The notes: generated by a model from the letters alone, not told the origin. 64,000 nt of DNA from Syntrophorhabdaceae bacterium (GCA_963665295.1 OY762209.1:2400001-2464000), one strand, 5' to 3'; numbered from the stretch's first letter, positions 10,812 to 21,848 are shown. Numbers and translations are program-made.

Positions 10812-12467
10812 ATGGCTTTGCACAGTCTGGCAGGTAAACCGGTTCCCGGAGAGATGCTCGTCAATATTCCGCGCCTCGTGAGCGCATACTATACGGAGGG
10901 GCCGGACGTCTCGGTAAAGTCCCAGATGATCGAATTCGGCACCTCGGGGCACAGGGGAAGCTCTTTCGCGAAAAGCTTCAACGAAGCCCATATTCTTGCC
11001 GTGTCCCAGGCGGTCTGTGATTACCGGTCCATGAGGAAGATAACAGGTCCCCTTTTTCTCGGCATGGACACCCATGCCCTCTCGGAACCGAGCCACATCA
11101 CCACTGTGGAGGTCCTTGCGGCGAACGGAGTTGTCACCATGGTCGCCAAAGACCTGAATTATACCCCCACGCCGGTCATCTCCCATGCGATCCTCGTCCA
11201 TAACAGGGGGAAGGTGTCCGGTCTGGCGGACGGTATTGTAATTACGCCGTCCCATAACCCGCCGGAGGACGGCGGATTCAAGTACAACCCGCCCCACGGC
11301 GGGCCTGCCGACGTGGACGTCACCGGTTGGATAGAGGCCAGGGCAAACGAGCTCCTTTCCCACGGGAACAAGGGGGTGAGAAGGCTGTATCTCAGGGACG
11401 CCCTTTCGTCGGGGATGGTCCGTGAGTACGACTACATGGGGCCTTACGTGGACGACCTCAAAAATATTGTCGATATGGAAGCCATAAAGGCTTCAGGGGT
11501 TAGGATCGGGGTAGACCCCATGGGCGGGGCATCGCTCCCCTACTGGGAGCCCATTTTGGAGAAGTACGGTATCGACCTCAACGTGGTAAACCACGAGGTG
11601 GACCCCGCCTTCCGTTTCATGACCGTGGATAAGGACGGGAAGGTGAGGATGGACTGCTCGTCGCCCTGCGCAATGGCCCGCCTCGTGACCCTGAAGGATG
11701 ATTACGATATCGCCTTCGGCAACGACCCGGACTCCGACCGGCACGGAATAGTCGCGAAGAGCACGGGCCTCCTGAACCCCAACCACTACCTCTCCGTGGC
11801 AATCTGGTACCTCTTCCAGCACAGGCCGGGCTGGAAAGCGAGCGCCGCGGTAGGCAAGACGCTGGTGAGCAGCAGCATGATCGACAGGATCGCAGCCGGC
11901 CTGAAGAGAAGACTCTCGGAGGTGCCCGTAGGGTTCAAGTGGTTCGTGGACGGCCTGATCGACGGGAGCTACGGGTTCGGAGGTGAAGAAAGCGCGGGGG
12001 CGTCCTTCCTCCGGAATGACGGAACAGTATGGACCACGGACAAGGACGGGATCATTATGGACCTCCTGGCTGCGGAAATCACCGCAAAGACGGGAGAAGA
12101 CCCGGGTATCCACTACGAGGCCCTTGCCGAGGTATTCGGAAACCCCGTATATGAACGTATCGATGCCCCTGCAACGCCGGAGCAGAAGGCGGTCCTCAAG
12201 AAACTTTCTCCCGACAGGGTGAAGACTTCCACTCTCGGAGGGGAAGAGATAAAGGCGAAACTCACCGAGGCGCCGGGAAACGGGGCACCTATTGGCGGCC
12301 TCAAGGTGGTGACTCAGAACGGATGGTTCGCCGCCCGTCCTTCCGGGACCGAAAATATCTATAAGGTTTATAGCGAGAGTTTTTTAGGCAAGGTCCATCT
12401 CCTCCGTCTGCAGGAAGAGGCGATGGAGATGATAAACAGGGTCTTCGAAGAGGCGGGGGTCCGTTAA
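10812..12467 (+). CDS. pgm: Phosphoglucomutase
   Basis: FGTSGHRG, catalytic TPSHNP, metal loop DPDSDR, GEESAG, RPSGTE. Confidence 0.95.
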   Translation: MALHSLAGKPVPGEMLVNIPRLVSAYYTEGPDVSVKSQMIEFGTSGHRGSSFAKSFNEAHILAVSQAVCDYRSMRKITGPLFLGMDTHALSEPSHITTVEVLAANGVVTMVAKDLNYTPTPVISHAILVHNRGKVSGLADGIVITPSHNPPEDGGFKYNPPHGGPADVDVTGWIEARANELLSHGNKGVRRLYLRDALSSGMVREYDYMGPYVDDLKNIVDMEAIKASGVRIGVDPMGGASLPYWEPILEKYGIDLNVVNHEVDPAFRFMTVDKDGKVRMDCSSPCAMARLVTLKDDYDIAFGNDPDSDRHGIVAKSTGLLNPNHYLSVAIWYLFQHRPGWKASAAVGKTLVSSSMIDRIAAGLKRRLSEVPVGFKWFVDGLIDGSYGFGGEESAGASFLRNDGTVWTTDKDGIIMDLLAAEITAKTGEDPGIHYEALAEVFGNPVYERIDAPATPEQKAVLKKLSPDRVKTSTLGGEEIKAKLTEAPGNGAPIGGLKVVTQNGWFAARPSGTENIYKVYSESFLGKVHLLRLQEEAMEMINRVFEEAGVR

Positions 12468-12567
12468 GGCATGTGGGCAGGTATTGCCTGCACGGTTAAA
12501 CACACACATAAAGAGTGCGGGTCCGGCTTTGACCGCACGGGAAATCTACTTTTAAAGAGGAGGGTAT

Positions 12568-13041
12568 ATGCTGAAGATAGACGCGCGTGATGTTTTGCAG
12601 TTCGCCATCCGCATAGAGGAAGACGGGGAAATGTTTTATTCCAGGGCAGCCTTTACAGCGGACGACAAGAACGTGGCCGACCTGTTCAATGAGCTTGCCG
12701 CTGAAGAGGTACGGCACAAACTGGCGTTTGAGGACCTCCTTTCCCGGGCAAAGGAGATTGCGCCTCCCGAGAGTTATCCGGGTGAGTATATCGGTTACCT
12801 GAGGGACTACATAGACGGCAAGATCGTTTTTTCCAGGTCGAAGAAGACGGAATTGGAGAATGTACACGACGTGGCCGCGGCCCTTGATTTCGCTATCGGG
12901 AGGGAAGCTGATTCCATTACGTATTATCAGGAACTCAGGGCCTATGTGTCGCCCGGTGAACGGCCACCCATAGAGAAGATCATCAATGAAGAACGGACGC
13001 ACCTTGAAAAGCTCTCCGGGCTGAGAAAGAATTACCCCTAG
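12568..13041 (+). CDS. Rubrerythrin/ferritin-like protein
   Basis: AIRIEEDG..FY, EEVRH, EERTH di-iron ExxH motifs. Confidence 0.85.
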   Translation: MLKIDARDVLQFAIRIEEDGEMFYSRAAFTADDKNVADLFNELAAEEVRHKLAFEDLLSRAKEIAPPESYPGEYIGYLRDYIDGKIVFSRSKKTELENVHDVAAALDFAIGREADSITYYQELRAYVSPGERPPIEKIINEERTHLEKLSGLRKNYP

Positions 13042-13052
13042 CCTTTGCCGGT

Positions 13053-14210
13053 TCAGTTGGAGATGCGGCTTCTTTTCCCGAGCGCGATGTACTCGGGCTC
13101 CATGTTGGTATTGAGGCCGTAGCGGGCCGTCAGGGCCTCCCATTCCGGTCTTTCCATAATCGCGGTAAGGGCGAGGTTCAGGGGCCGCCTCAGGGGACTT
13201 CCCTTGGGAAAGGCGAAGGCGCACCGTTGCGGCTTGAATTCCGTGGTATGGACATGGAACGGTTTTTCCGTCTCCTTGGCCGCGTAGTAGTGGAGGGGAA
13301 GCTCGTCGATGAAAAAACCGTCGATCTTGTTCGCTTTCAAGGCCCGAAGCGCGTCTATCTCGGAGTTGAAGACCGTATATTTGCCTCCCATCTTCCGGAC
13401 CAGCGAGTACTGAAGGGTGCCCGCCAGAACTCCGAGGTGAAGGCTCCGGAGCTTGTTTGTATCATAGACCTGAATCTGCTGTCGCTCGGTAAGGAGGGTG
13501 GACGCGAGGGAGGCGGTGAAGGCGCTGAAGGCGAGGGCGGACAAGAGTATCCAGACAAGGCCGATAATCCTTGCCGGCAAGGATTTGAGGGCCACGTCGA
13601 AACACGCGCCCGCGGCGAGGGTGGAGCCTACCCAGTATGCCCCGGTGCCTATGCCCTTAAAGGGGCGGCCGTCAAAATGGTCGGGGTTCAGGTCCCGCTC
13701 GATGCGCCACAAGATAAACCCGAGGGCAAAGAGCAAGGCGACAAAGGCGAGGATCGTCTTGATTATATCCCAGGAGAAGAATATCTTCACCACCCTGAGC
13801 CAGGGGTAAGGGTCCCGTCCCTCCGGGACCGCCACGGCCAGTCGCGTGGAGCCGATGGCGGTAGAGAAATCGAAGAGACGGAGCCGGTCCGCCGTCTCAA
13901 AGAGGGCCGCAATGGAAAGGTCGATCGTCCCCGCCTGAAGGGCGTTCTGGAGCCCCTTGAACGTCATTTCCTTCAGTTCGTAGTCCAGCTGCAAATCGGC
14001 TGCGAGATAACGCCACAGGTCAACGGCGAACCCGGTCCACTGGCCCCTTTCGTTCTTCATGGTGATGGGCGGGTCGTTGACGACCCCTACTATGAGCTTC
14101 CGATGGGGCAGGGGACCCTGCGGTTCCGCCATGGCGGGCGTGGACGTGAAAAAGGCCGGGAACGATATGAGAAAGACGATAATCAGCAGTCCGGAGATTC
14201 TTGTTCGCAT
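13053..14210 (-). CDS. Prokaryotic glutamate-receptor-like protein (split SBP_bac_3 domain plus two TM helices and pore loop)
   Basis: Signal peptide, S1 lobe (GFAVDLW), TM1, ERxxNPDHF, pore helix YWVGSTL, TM2 FTASLAS, S2 lobe. Confidence 0.8.
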   Translation of the reverse strand: MRTRISGLLIIVFLISFPAFFTSTPAMAEPQGPLPHRKLIVGVVNDPPITMKNERGQWTGFAVDLWRYLAADLQLDYELKEMTFKGLQNALQAGTIDLSIAALFETADRLRLFDFSTAIGSTRLAVAVPEGRDPYPWLRVVKIFFSWDIIKTILAFVALLFALGFILWRIERDLNPDHFDGRPFKGIGTGAYWVGSTLAAGACFDVALKSLPARIIGLVWILLSALAFSAFTASLASTLLTERQQIQVYDTNKLRSLHLGVLAGTLQYSLVRKMGGKYTVFNSEIDALRALKANKIDGFFIDELPLHYYAAKETEKPFHVHTTEFKPQRCAFAFPKGSPLRRPLNLALTAIMERPEWEALTARYGLNTNMEPEYIALGKRSRISN

Positions 14211-14212
14211 GT

Positions 14213-15385
14213 CTATATCCCCTTCTTCCTGATGGGCTTTAAATCAGGGGTAAGACCGTAACGGGCGGCAAGGGTTTCCCAGGCGGGGCTTTCCATGAAC
14301 GCCATGAGAGACGTATTCACGTATTCCCTCAGGGGGCTGTTCGCGGGGAAGGCGAAGCCGAATCGCATCTTCTTGAGGGCAGTAAGGCGGACGGATATCT
14401 TCTTCCGGTATCTCAGTTCCTCATAATGCAAGAGCCGGTCGCTGCTCAAAAAACCGTCGATCTTGTTTGCGAGCAACGCCTGGATGCCGTCATCCGTCTT
14501 TTCGAAGAGGGTGTAGTTGCCCCCCAGTTTTTCCAGGATGGATGCCTGGGTGGTGCCCGTGACGGCCCCCGCGTGAATTCTCCTCAGGGTGCTCGTATCA
14601 AAGGCATAGGTCGTCGCCTGACGGCGCGCGATAAGGGTGGATGCAATGGAGGCGGTGAGGGCCCCGAAAGCGACCGCTCCCACGAGGATCCACAAGAGGC
14701 CCATAATCCTCCCTGGAGTGGTCTTGAGGCTGACCCCGGTGCAGATGCCGGAGACGAGGGTGGAGCCTACCCAGTATACGCCCGTGGCGATGCCCTTCAG
14801 GGGGTGTCCGCCGAAATGGTCCGGGTTCTGCTTCCTTTCGCTCATCCAGAAGATGAACCCCGCGAAAATGAGGATGAAAAGGACAACGACCGCGATTTCG
14901 ACAAGGCTCCAGGAGAAGAAGACCTTTATGGCCGCGAGGAAGGGGTGGACATCCTTTTCCGCAGGCACCGCCACCGCGAGGTGCGAGACGCCGATGAAGC
15001 TGGAAAAGTCGAGAAACCGTTGCCGGTCTATCGTTTCGTAAAGAGGGGCAACCGTAAGGTCCGCCGCGCCTGTGCGGAGGGCGTTCTCGACTTCGCTGAA
15101 ACGCATCTCCCTGAGTTCATATTCTACGCCCAGGTCCTTCGCGATGTGACGCCATAAGTCTACACTGAAGCCGCTCCATTCGCCGTTTGCGGCCTTAATT
15201 ACCATGGGAGGGTCGTCAACAACAACGGCGATGAGTTTTTTGTGAACCGGGAAGGGGGACGTGACCGCGTCGAGGCGTGAAACGAGACCCTGGAAAAGGG
15301 TAAAAAGGGCAAACATGACTATGGCAAGAAGCACTCTGCCCGGAAAAGCGTGTTTTTCATTTCCGTCCATCATCTTTCCTGTCAT
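14213..15385 (-). CDS. Prokaryotic glutamate-receptor-like protein, tandem paralog
   Basis: Same architecture: GFSVDLW, ERKQNPDHF, YWVGSTL, LTASIAS. Confidence 0.8.
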   Translation of the reverse strand: MTGKMMDGNEKHAFPGRVLLAIVMFALFTLFQGLVSRLDAVTSPFPVHKKLIAVVVDDPPMVIKAANGEWSGFSVDLWRHIAKDLGVEYELREMRFSEVENALRTGAADLTVAPLYETIDRQRFLDFSSFIGVSHLAVAVPAEKDVHPFLAAIKVFFSWSLVEIAVVVLFILIFAGFIFWMSERKQNPDHFGGHPLKGIATGVYWVGSTLVSGICTGVSLKTTPGRIMGLLWILVGAVAFGALTASIASTLIARRQATTYAFDTSTLRRIHAGAVTGTTQASILEKLGGNYTLFEKTDDGIQALLANKIDGFLSSDRLLHYEELRYRKKISVRLTALKKMRFGFAFPANSPLREYVNTSLMAFMESPAWETLAARYGLTPDLKPIRKKGI

Positions 15386-15482
15386 TGTCTTACACTATGG
15401 CGTAATTTGCAAGGGGAATCAGCCGGTGCGCCGGGGCCCTTTGACAGGAGCGTCCCCGGTGCGCGGCGAAGGGCGCGCGATC

Positions 15483-15941
15483 TCAGCAGACCTCGAGGGT
15501 GCATCGCCGGACGTTGGCCACGATCCGCCTCAACACCTTGAGGGTTGTCGCTTCATCGCGATCAGGGACGCCGTCAAGCAACTCGTCGAGATGCCTTATG
15601 ACGACCGGCGTGAGTGCCTCCCTGACTTTGTGCCCCCTTTCCGTAAGAAAGATACGAAAGATCCTTTTATCCGAACTATCGGCCCGCCGTTCAATGTGGC
15701 CGTGTTTTTCGAGAAGGTTGAGGATCCTCGTCATGTTGTGACGGTCTTTCAGCATCCGCTCGCCAAGCTGGGTCTGATTCATCCCTTCCTCCAGGCCCAG
15801 ACGGGCCAGGACGCCGAACTGCTCCGGCGTGACGTCATAACCGGCTTGTTTGAACCTCCTTAAGAGCAGTGTCGTTCCCTCGGTCTGAACCCGGTAGGCC
15901 CAGTGAAGGAGAAGCTCCTCAATCGGATAGAGTTCCGCCAT
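15483..15941 (-). CDS. MarR-family transcriptional regulator
   Basis: VTPEQFGVL, TRILNLLEKHGHIER..DKR..LTERG. Confidence 0.9.
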   Translation of the reverse strand: MAELYPIEELLLHWAYRVQTEGTTLLLRRFKQAGYDVTPEQFGVLARLGLEEGMNQTQLGERMLKDRHNMTRILNLLEKHGHIERRADSSDKRIFRIFLTERGHKVREALTPVVIRHLDELLDGVPDRDEATTLKVLRRIVANVRRCTLEVC

Positions 15942-17373
15942 TCTTTCCTCCTTCTGTGAGTCCATCCGCTTTTGCCACCCAGCCCCCGCCCATGGACTTA
16001 TAAAGGTTTACGAGGGAGCGGAAAAGGGTATCCTGCGTCTGCGTATAGGCAAGCTCGGCATTGAAGAGACTCCTCTCCGCGTCGAGGACCTCGAGGTAAC
16101 TGGTGTAGCCGTTCTCGTAGCGTAGGCTTGCGAGACTCGCATAGCTGGTGAGGGCTTCCACCCGCTGTTTCTGGATGACGAGTTGCTCCCGCGATTTGCG
16201 CTGGTCGATGAGAGCGTCATCCACCTCCCGGAATGCCTGCTGGATTACCTGCTGGTACCTGACAAGGTTCTGGTCCGTCACCGCTTCCGCTGCTTGCACC
16301 TGTCCCGCGATGGCCCCTGCGGTAAATACGGGCATCGTGGCAGGCACCACGTAATTCCACATTTTGGCGGGTCCCAGGAAGAGGTTCGAAAGGTCCGTAC
16401 TCTCCACGCCGAAGGAACCGGTGAGGGTGACAGAGGGGAAATAGAGGGCCTTCGCCACACCGATTCGTGCGTTGGCCGCTATGAGGTTCTGCTCGGCCTG
16501 TCGCAAATCGGGCCGCCTGTCGAGGAGTCCGGAGGGCAAACCTGACGGCACCGTGGGAAGAGTGAGGTCATCAAGACGCTTGCCCCGCGGTATGGGGCCG
16601 GGATTACGGCCGAGGAGTACACTCAAGACGTTTTCCTGCTGGGTGATAAGCTTCTGGACCAAGGGAATCGTGGCAAGGGCGAGTTGGTATTCGGATTCCA
16701 CCTGGCGTAGCTCCAACTCTGAGATCAGGCCCCGGTCGAAGCGGAGCTTGAAGAGTTCAAAGGAATACTCACGGCTCTTCGCGGTCCGTTCGGCGATCTC
16801 CAACTGCTTGTCCAAGTGGCACAGGTCCACATAAGACGTCGCCACCGCCGCCACCACCGTGAGGACCACGGCCCTTCGTCCTTCCTCGGTGCTGAGAAGG
16901 TCGGCCCTAGCAGCCTCCGTGGAACGGCGAATACGCCCCCATATGTCGATCTCCCAGCTCGCGGCGAGGAAACCCTGAAAGTCATTATAGGGGTTATCCG
17001 CCGCATAGGACCAGGGAGGGTTGACATAACGGCTTACCGCCTTCCTCTGTGCGACGCCTGCCGCCGCCACCTGGGGAAAGAGGGCGGCCCTCGTTGTGCC
17101 GTATCGTCCCATGAATTCATCGACCCTTGCCGCGGCGATGCGGAGATCCTTGTTTTCCTTAAGTGCCGAGGCGATAAGTTCGTTAAGGACGGGGTCGCCG
17201 AACTGTTCCCACCAGGCCGTGTCCGCAAGGTCCTTCGCCTCGGGCTCCGTGAGACGCCATGTATCCGGTGCGTCGATGGAAGGCCGCCGGTAATCGGGTC
17301 CGATAGCACAGCCGCAAAAGGAGAGGACGAGAAGCAGGGCGATAATCGCCCTCTGCGGGTTCATCCTATGCAT
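15919..17373 (-). CDS. RND efflux outer-membrane lipoprotein (NodT/OprM family)
   Basis: Lipobox CGC, WWEQFGDPVL, PSGLLDRRPD, LYKSMGGGW. Confidence 0.92.
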   Translation of the reverse strand: MHRMNPQRAIIALLLVLSFCGCAIGPDYRRPSIDAPDTWRLTEPEAKDLADTAWWEQFGDPVLNELIASALKENKDLRIAAARVDEFMGRYGTTRAALFPQVAAAGVAQRKAVSRYVNPPWSYAADNPYNDFQGFLAASWEIDIWGRIRRSTEAARADLLSTEEGRRAVVLTVVAAVATSYVDLCHLDKQLEIAERTAKSREYSFELFKLRFDRGLISELELRQVESEYQLALATIPLVQKLITQQENVLSVLLGRNPGPIPRGKRLDDLTLPTVPSGLPSGLLDRRPDLRQAEQNLIAANARIGVAKALYFPSVTLTGSFGVESTDLSNLFLGPAKMWNYVVPATMPVFTAGAIAGQVQAAEAVTDQNLVRYQQVIQQAFREVDDALIDQRKSREQLVIQKQRVEALTSYASLASLRYENGYTSYLEVLDAERSLFNAELAYTQTQDTLFRSLVNLYKSMGGGWVAKADGLTEGGKNGGTLSD

Positions 17374-20300
17374 GGTCGTCCTCCTTCCTCGCAACAGGGG
17401 GCGCCTTCTTTTTCTTTCGCCGACCCGCAACCTTCTCTACTGCATAGAAAGTGACGGGGATGAGGAAGATCGCAATTACCGACGCCGCCGCGGTCCCTCC
17501 CATTACCGCAGTCCCCATGGTCTGATGGGCGTTTGCTCCCGCCCCGGTCGAAATCGCAAGGGGGAGCACCCCGAGGAGAAAGGCAAAGGACGTCATGAGG
17601 ATGGGTCTCAGACGAAGCTGGGCCCCTTCGAGGGCGGCATCGATGAGCCCCTTCCCCTGCTGGTGCCTTGTTTTTGCAAACTCCACGATGAGGATAGCGT
17701 TCTTTGCCGCCAACCCGATGAGGACGATGAGGGCGATCTGGGCATACACGTTGTTTTCCATGCCCCGCAACCACATGGCGGCGAAGGCGCCGAAAACGGC
17801 AACAGGCGTGCCGAGAAGCACGCTGAGGGGCAGGGACCAGCTCTCATAGAGAGCCGCAAGGATAAGAAAGACGCAGAACAAGGAAAAGGCGAAGATGGCC
17901 GATGCGGGGAGACCTTCCCGGGCCTTTTTTTCCTGGAAGCTCATGCCGATATAATCGAGGCCAATGTCGGAGGGCATGGTCTGTTTGTACACCTCTTCCA
18001 GGGCGTTCATCACCTGTCCCGAACTGTACCCCCGCTTGCCGGTGGCGTTGATCTGGGCGGAACGATAGAGGTTGTAACGCATGGTGAATTCGGGACCGGG
18101 CCGTGACTCCACGGTGGTGAGCGCCGAAAGCGGCACCGGGTCGCCCCTGTCGTTATTCACATAGAACCGTCGTATATTCTCGGCCTTTGCCCGGTAGGTC
18201 CCTTCCGCCTGCACATAGACCTGCCACTGGCGGCCGAACCGGTTGAAGTAATTTACGAAGTAGCCTCCCATGAAGGTTTGCAGGGTCTGGTAGACCTCCC
18301 TGAGATCGATGCCCTGCTTGATAACCTTGTCGCGGTCGACGTTCACGAAGAGTTGAGGCACGGCAGGAAGAAACGTGGTGATTACGTTCTCGAGCTCCGG
18401 CCTCTTGCGCGCGGCCTCGATGAATTTGTTCACGTTCTCCGCGAGAAAACTGATGTCTTTGCCTGCCCGGTCCTGGAGGACGACCTGGGCGCCTCCGGCC
18501 AGTCCTATGCCCTGGATCGGGGGCGGGGGAAAGACAAAGGAAACGCCTTCGGGAAATTTCCGCAACTCCCGTCGCAGGTGGTCCATAATCGCCTGATACT
18601 TTTCCTCGGGCCTCTTTCGGTCCTGCCAGCCTTTCAGGGTCACAAAAGCGAAGCCGCTGTAAGTGTTCTGGGCAATGCTCATGAGGCTCAGACCTGAAAT
18701 GGTCTGGTAGTGCTCGATCCCCGGCGTTTTGCTCAAGACTTTCTCAACGTTCTTCATGACCTCCGTGGTGCGCTGGAGCGACGCGGCATTGGGAAGGGCC
18801 ATGTTTATGTAAAAATATCCGACGTCCTCGTTAGGAAGGAAACTCGCGGGGAGTCCCTTGCCGAGAATGCCGGAAAGGAGCGCGATAAAGCCCAGGAAGA
18901 GAAGGCTGAGAACGCTCCTCCGGATCAACGACCGGCACACGCTGACGTAGCCCTTGGAAGCCCTGTTGAATACCCGGTTGAACCAGGTAAAGAACGCTCC
19001 AAGGGGTCCGTGTGTTTTTCCCGGTCTGAGGAGAAGGGCGCAGAGGGCCGGGCTTAGGGTCAGGGCGTTAAAGGCTGAAATGATGACCGAGATCGCGATG
19101 GTCACCGCAAACTGCTGATAGAGCCTGCCGGTAATGCCCGGGATGAAGATGGTGGGGATAAAGACGGCAGCGAGAATAAGGGCGATCGCCATAACAGGGC
19201 CGGAAACCTCCTTCATGGCCTTGAGTGACGCCTCCTTTGGCGACAGTCCTTCCTCGATGTGGCGCTCCACCGCTTCAACCACGATGATGGCGTCGTCCAC
19301 CACGAGGCCGATGGCAAGGACCAGGCCGAAAAGGGAAAGGGTGTTGATGGAAAAGCCCAGAAGCGGAAAGACGGCGAAGGTACCTATGAGCGAAATGGGG
19401 ACGGCCAACGCGGGAATGAGGGTTGCCCTCCAGCCCTGAAGGAAGAGAAAGACCACGAGGATTACGAGGGCCAGGGCCTCCAGGAGGGTCTTCATGATCT
19501 CGTGGATACCTTCATTGATGGACCGGGTCGTGTCGAGGGTGATGGTATATTCCAGATCGGCGGGAAACCGTTTGCTTGCCTCTTCGAGCACCTTCTTTAC
19601 CCCTGCCACGGTGGCGAGGGCATTGGACCCGGGCAACTGGTAAACGCCCAGCATGGCGGCGGGCCTTCCATCAACACGGGCATTCACATTGTACGTTTGG
19701 GCTCCGAGTTCGATACGGGCCACGTCTTTCAGCCGGACAATCGATCCATCGGGGCTTGCCCGGACCACGATGGACTCGAAATCTTCGAGTGTCGAAAGGC
19801 GGCCCTTTGCCCGGACCGTATAGGTGAATTCCTGCTTCGGAGGCGCGGGTTCCGCCCCGATCTGTCCCGCGGGGTTGACCGTGTTCTGTTTCTCGACAGC
19901 CTTCACAAGGTCCGGGACGGTGAGTCCCAGTTTGCCCAGCGTATCCGGGTTCACCCATATCCGCATCGCGTAGTCTCCCGCGCCGAACAGGTTGACCTGG
20001 GCGACACCCGGCGTTCGGAGCAACTGGTCGATGAGGTTGATATTCGCATAGTTTCCCAGGAATGTAGAGTCGTGGGTGCCTTTCGGCGAGGAAAGTCCCA
20101 GGATCATGAGAGGCGACGACCTCGATTTCTGGATGTTCACCCCGTAATTGCGAACATCGATGGGGAGTTGGGATTGTGAAAGGGCCTGACGTATCTGGGT
20201 GAAGATGAGGTCGGTATTGGGATCGGTCTTGACGTCGAAATTGACGAAGACGCGCATGCTCCCGTTGCTCGCATTGACCGAGTACATGTAGTTCATGTTG

Positions 20301-20518
20301 TCTACGCCGCTCAGCTTCTGCTCCATGGGCGTGGCGACCGACTGCTCCACGGTTTCCGCGTCCGCGCCCGTGTAGGTTGTCCAGATCTGGACCTCAGGGG
20401 GGACGATCTCGGGGAATTGCGCCACCGGTAACTGAAACATCGCCACCAGTCCGAGGACAATGAACATGATGGAGATAACCATCGCAACGATGGGGCGGTT
20501 TATGAAGAACCTTGACAT
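17366..20518 (-). CDS. RND efflux permease (HAE1, AcrB/MexB-like)
   Basis: MSRFFINRPI, GLVVDDAIIVVE, AKNAILIVEF, RLRPILMTS. Confidence 0.95.
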   Translation of the reverse strand: MSRFFINRPIVAMVISIMFIVLGLVAMFQLPVAQFPEIVPPEVQIWTTYTGADAETVEQSVATPMEQKLSGVDNMNYMYSVNASNGSMRVFVNFDVKTDPNTDLIFTQIRQALSQSQLPIDVRNYGVNIQKSRSSPLMILGLSSPKGTHDSTFLGNYANINLIDQLLRTPGVAQVNLFGAGDYAMRIWVNPDTLGKLGLTVPDLVKAVEKQNTVNPAGQIGAEPAPPKQEFTYTVRAKGRLSTLEDFESIVVRASPDGSIVRLKDVARIELGAQTYNVNARVDGRPAAMLGVYQLPGSNALATVAGVKKVLEEASKRFPADLEYTITLDTTRSINEGIHEIMKTLLEALALVILVVFLFLQGWRATLIPALAVPISLIGTFAVFPLLGFSINTLSLFGLVLAIGLVVDDAIIVVEAVERHIEEGLSPKEASLKAMKEVSGPVMAIALILAAVFIPTIFIPGITGRLYQQFAVTIAISVIISAFNALTLSPALCALLLRPGKTHGPLGAFFTWFNRVFNRASKGYVSVCRSLIRRSVLSLLFLGFIALLSGILGKGLPASFLPNEDVGYFYINMALPNAASLQRTTEVMKNVEKVLSKTPGIEHYQTISGLSLMSIAQNTYSGFAFVTLKGWQDRKRPEEKYQAIMDHLRRELRKFPEGVSFVFPPPPIQGIGLAGGAQVVLQDRAGKDISFLAENVNKFIEAARKRPELENVITTFLPAVPQLFVNVDRDKVIKQGIDLREVYQTLQTFMGGYFVNYFNRFGRQWQVYVQAEGTYRAKAENIRRFYVNNDRGDPVPLSALTTVESRPGPEFTMRYNLYRSAQINATGKRGYSSGQVMNALEEVYKQTMPSDIGLDYIGMSFQEKKAREGLPASAIFAFSLFCVFLILAALYESWSLPLSVLLGTPVAVFGAFAAMWLRGMENNVYAQIALIVLIGLAAKNAILIVEFAKTRHQQGKGLIDAALEGAQLRLRPILMTSFAFLLGVLPLAISTGAGANAHQTMGTAVMGGTAAASVIAIFLIPVTFYAVEKVAGRRKKKKAPPVARKEDDHA

Positions 20519-20533
20519 GCGGCGAGCCCTCCC

Positions 20534-21757
20534 CTATCCCTTCTGGGGTTTGGTCCGAGACCCTGCTCCCGGCACGGGGCCGCCTCCGCCGGGCGTCCGG
20601 GGAGTCTTCTGTTGTCCGTCAGCCTGCTTGGCAACAAAGGGTTTTACGGTTACCACGGTCCCTTCCTTCACCTTCTGGACTCCCTCGGCAATGACCCGTT
20701 CGCCCCGTTTGAGGCCGCTCTCTATGACCCAAAAGTCATCGACCCGCTCCGCAACCTCGACAGGCCGGATATTGACCTTGTTATCCGGCGCTACGACAGC
20801 TACCTGGAACCCTCCCTGAAGCTCCGTCACCGCCCGCTGCGGCACGAGGAAGGCACCTTTCTTGATCGCTGTCTCTGCAATGACCCGGGCGAATTGACCC
20901 GGCCGGACTACGTTTCCGGGATTGGGGAAGAGGGCGGCGACTTTGATGGTTCCTGTCCTCACGTCCACCTGCCGGTCCGCAAAGGCGAAGCTTCCCTTGT
21001 GGGGATGAAGGCGGCCGTCGGCAAGGATCAACTGAAGGGGCAATCTCTGACCCCGTTCACCGCCGGACTGAACATACCGCAGATATTCCGGTTCACTCAT
21101 GGATATATAGACCTTGATGGGGTTCACAGTCGACACGGTGGTCAGTTCCTCTACGGAGCCGGTACCTACCAGGTTGCCGATCTGGGCTTTGGCGATGCCC
21201 GCGATACCGGCTATGGGTGAAGTGATCTTCGTGAATTCCACGTCAACCTTGGCCTTGTCGACTACCGCCTGCGCTTCTACCACGGCGGCCTTGGCCGCCT
21301 GCTCGGTGCCGACCGCGTCATCATAGTCTTTGAGGCTGATGGCCCTCCGCTGCACCAGGGGTTTGATGCGCTCCAGGTTCGCCTTGGCAATTTCCCAGCG
21401 GGCCTGCTGCTGGCCGAGCTGTCCGTTGGCCTTTTCCAGGGCGGCCACGAAGGTTCGGGGGTCGATCTTGAAGAGGACCTGACCCTTCTTGACGAAATCG
21501 CCCTCCTTATAATCCTGCTCAGTCAGATAACCCTGGACCTGGGCGCGGATGACGGCATTCACCAGGCCGTCGGTGGAAGCTGTCCATTCCGAATAAACAG
21601 GAACATCCTTTATCACGATGTCCGTCACGGCGACAATGGGCGGCTGCGCGATTTCCTTGGTCCGGCCGTTCTTGCAGCCGGGCAGGCACAGGGCTGCCGC
21701 ACATGTCATGATCATGCCTATACAAAAGATACCGGTTGCCTTTTGTTTCCAGGCCAT
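20534..21757 (-). CDS. RND efflux periplasmic adaptor (MFP)
   Basis: Lipobox LPGC, IRAQVQGYL, EGDFVKKGQVLFKID, ITSPIAG. Confidence 0.93.
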   Translation of the reverse strand: MAWKQKATGIFCIGMIMTCAAALCLPGCKNGRTKEIAQPPIVAVTDIVIKDVPVYSEWTASTDGLVNAVIRAQVQGYLTEQDYKEGDFVKKGQVLFKIDPRTFVAALEKANGQLGQQQARWEIAKANLERIKPLVQRRAISLKDYDDAVGTEQAAKAAVVEAQAVVDKAKVDVEFTKITSPIAGIAGIAKAQIGNLVGTGSVEELTTVSTVNPIKVYISMSEPEYLRYVQSGGERGQRLPLQLILADGRLHPHKGSFAFADRQVDVRTGTIKVAALFPNPGNVVRPGQFARVIAETAIKKGAFLVPQRAVTELQGGFQVAVVAPDNKVNIRPVEVAERVDDFWVIESGLKRGERVIAEGVQKVKEGTVVTVKPFVAKQADGQQKTPRTPGGGGPVPGAGSRTKPQKG

Positions 21758-21820
21758 TCAACACCCTCCTCGCCTATGCTCGGGTCCCCCGTCCCTTGGT
21801 TTTTACGCTTTAGCAGCTAT

Positions 21821-21848
21821 ATTACCATAACAACATTGCCATGACAAT
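21821..21848. promoter_or_regulatory. Putative tandem MarR operator upstream of the efflux operon
   Basis: Two adjacent 14-mers ATTACCATAACAAC and ATTGCCATGACAAT; the second is a near-perfect palindrome. Confidence 0.5.
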
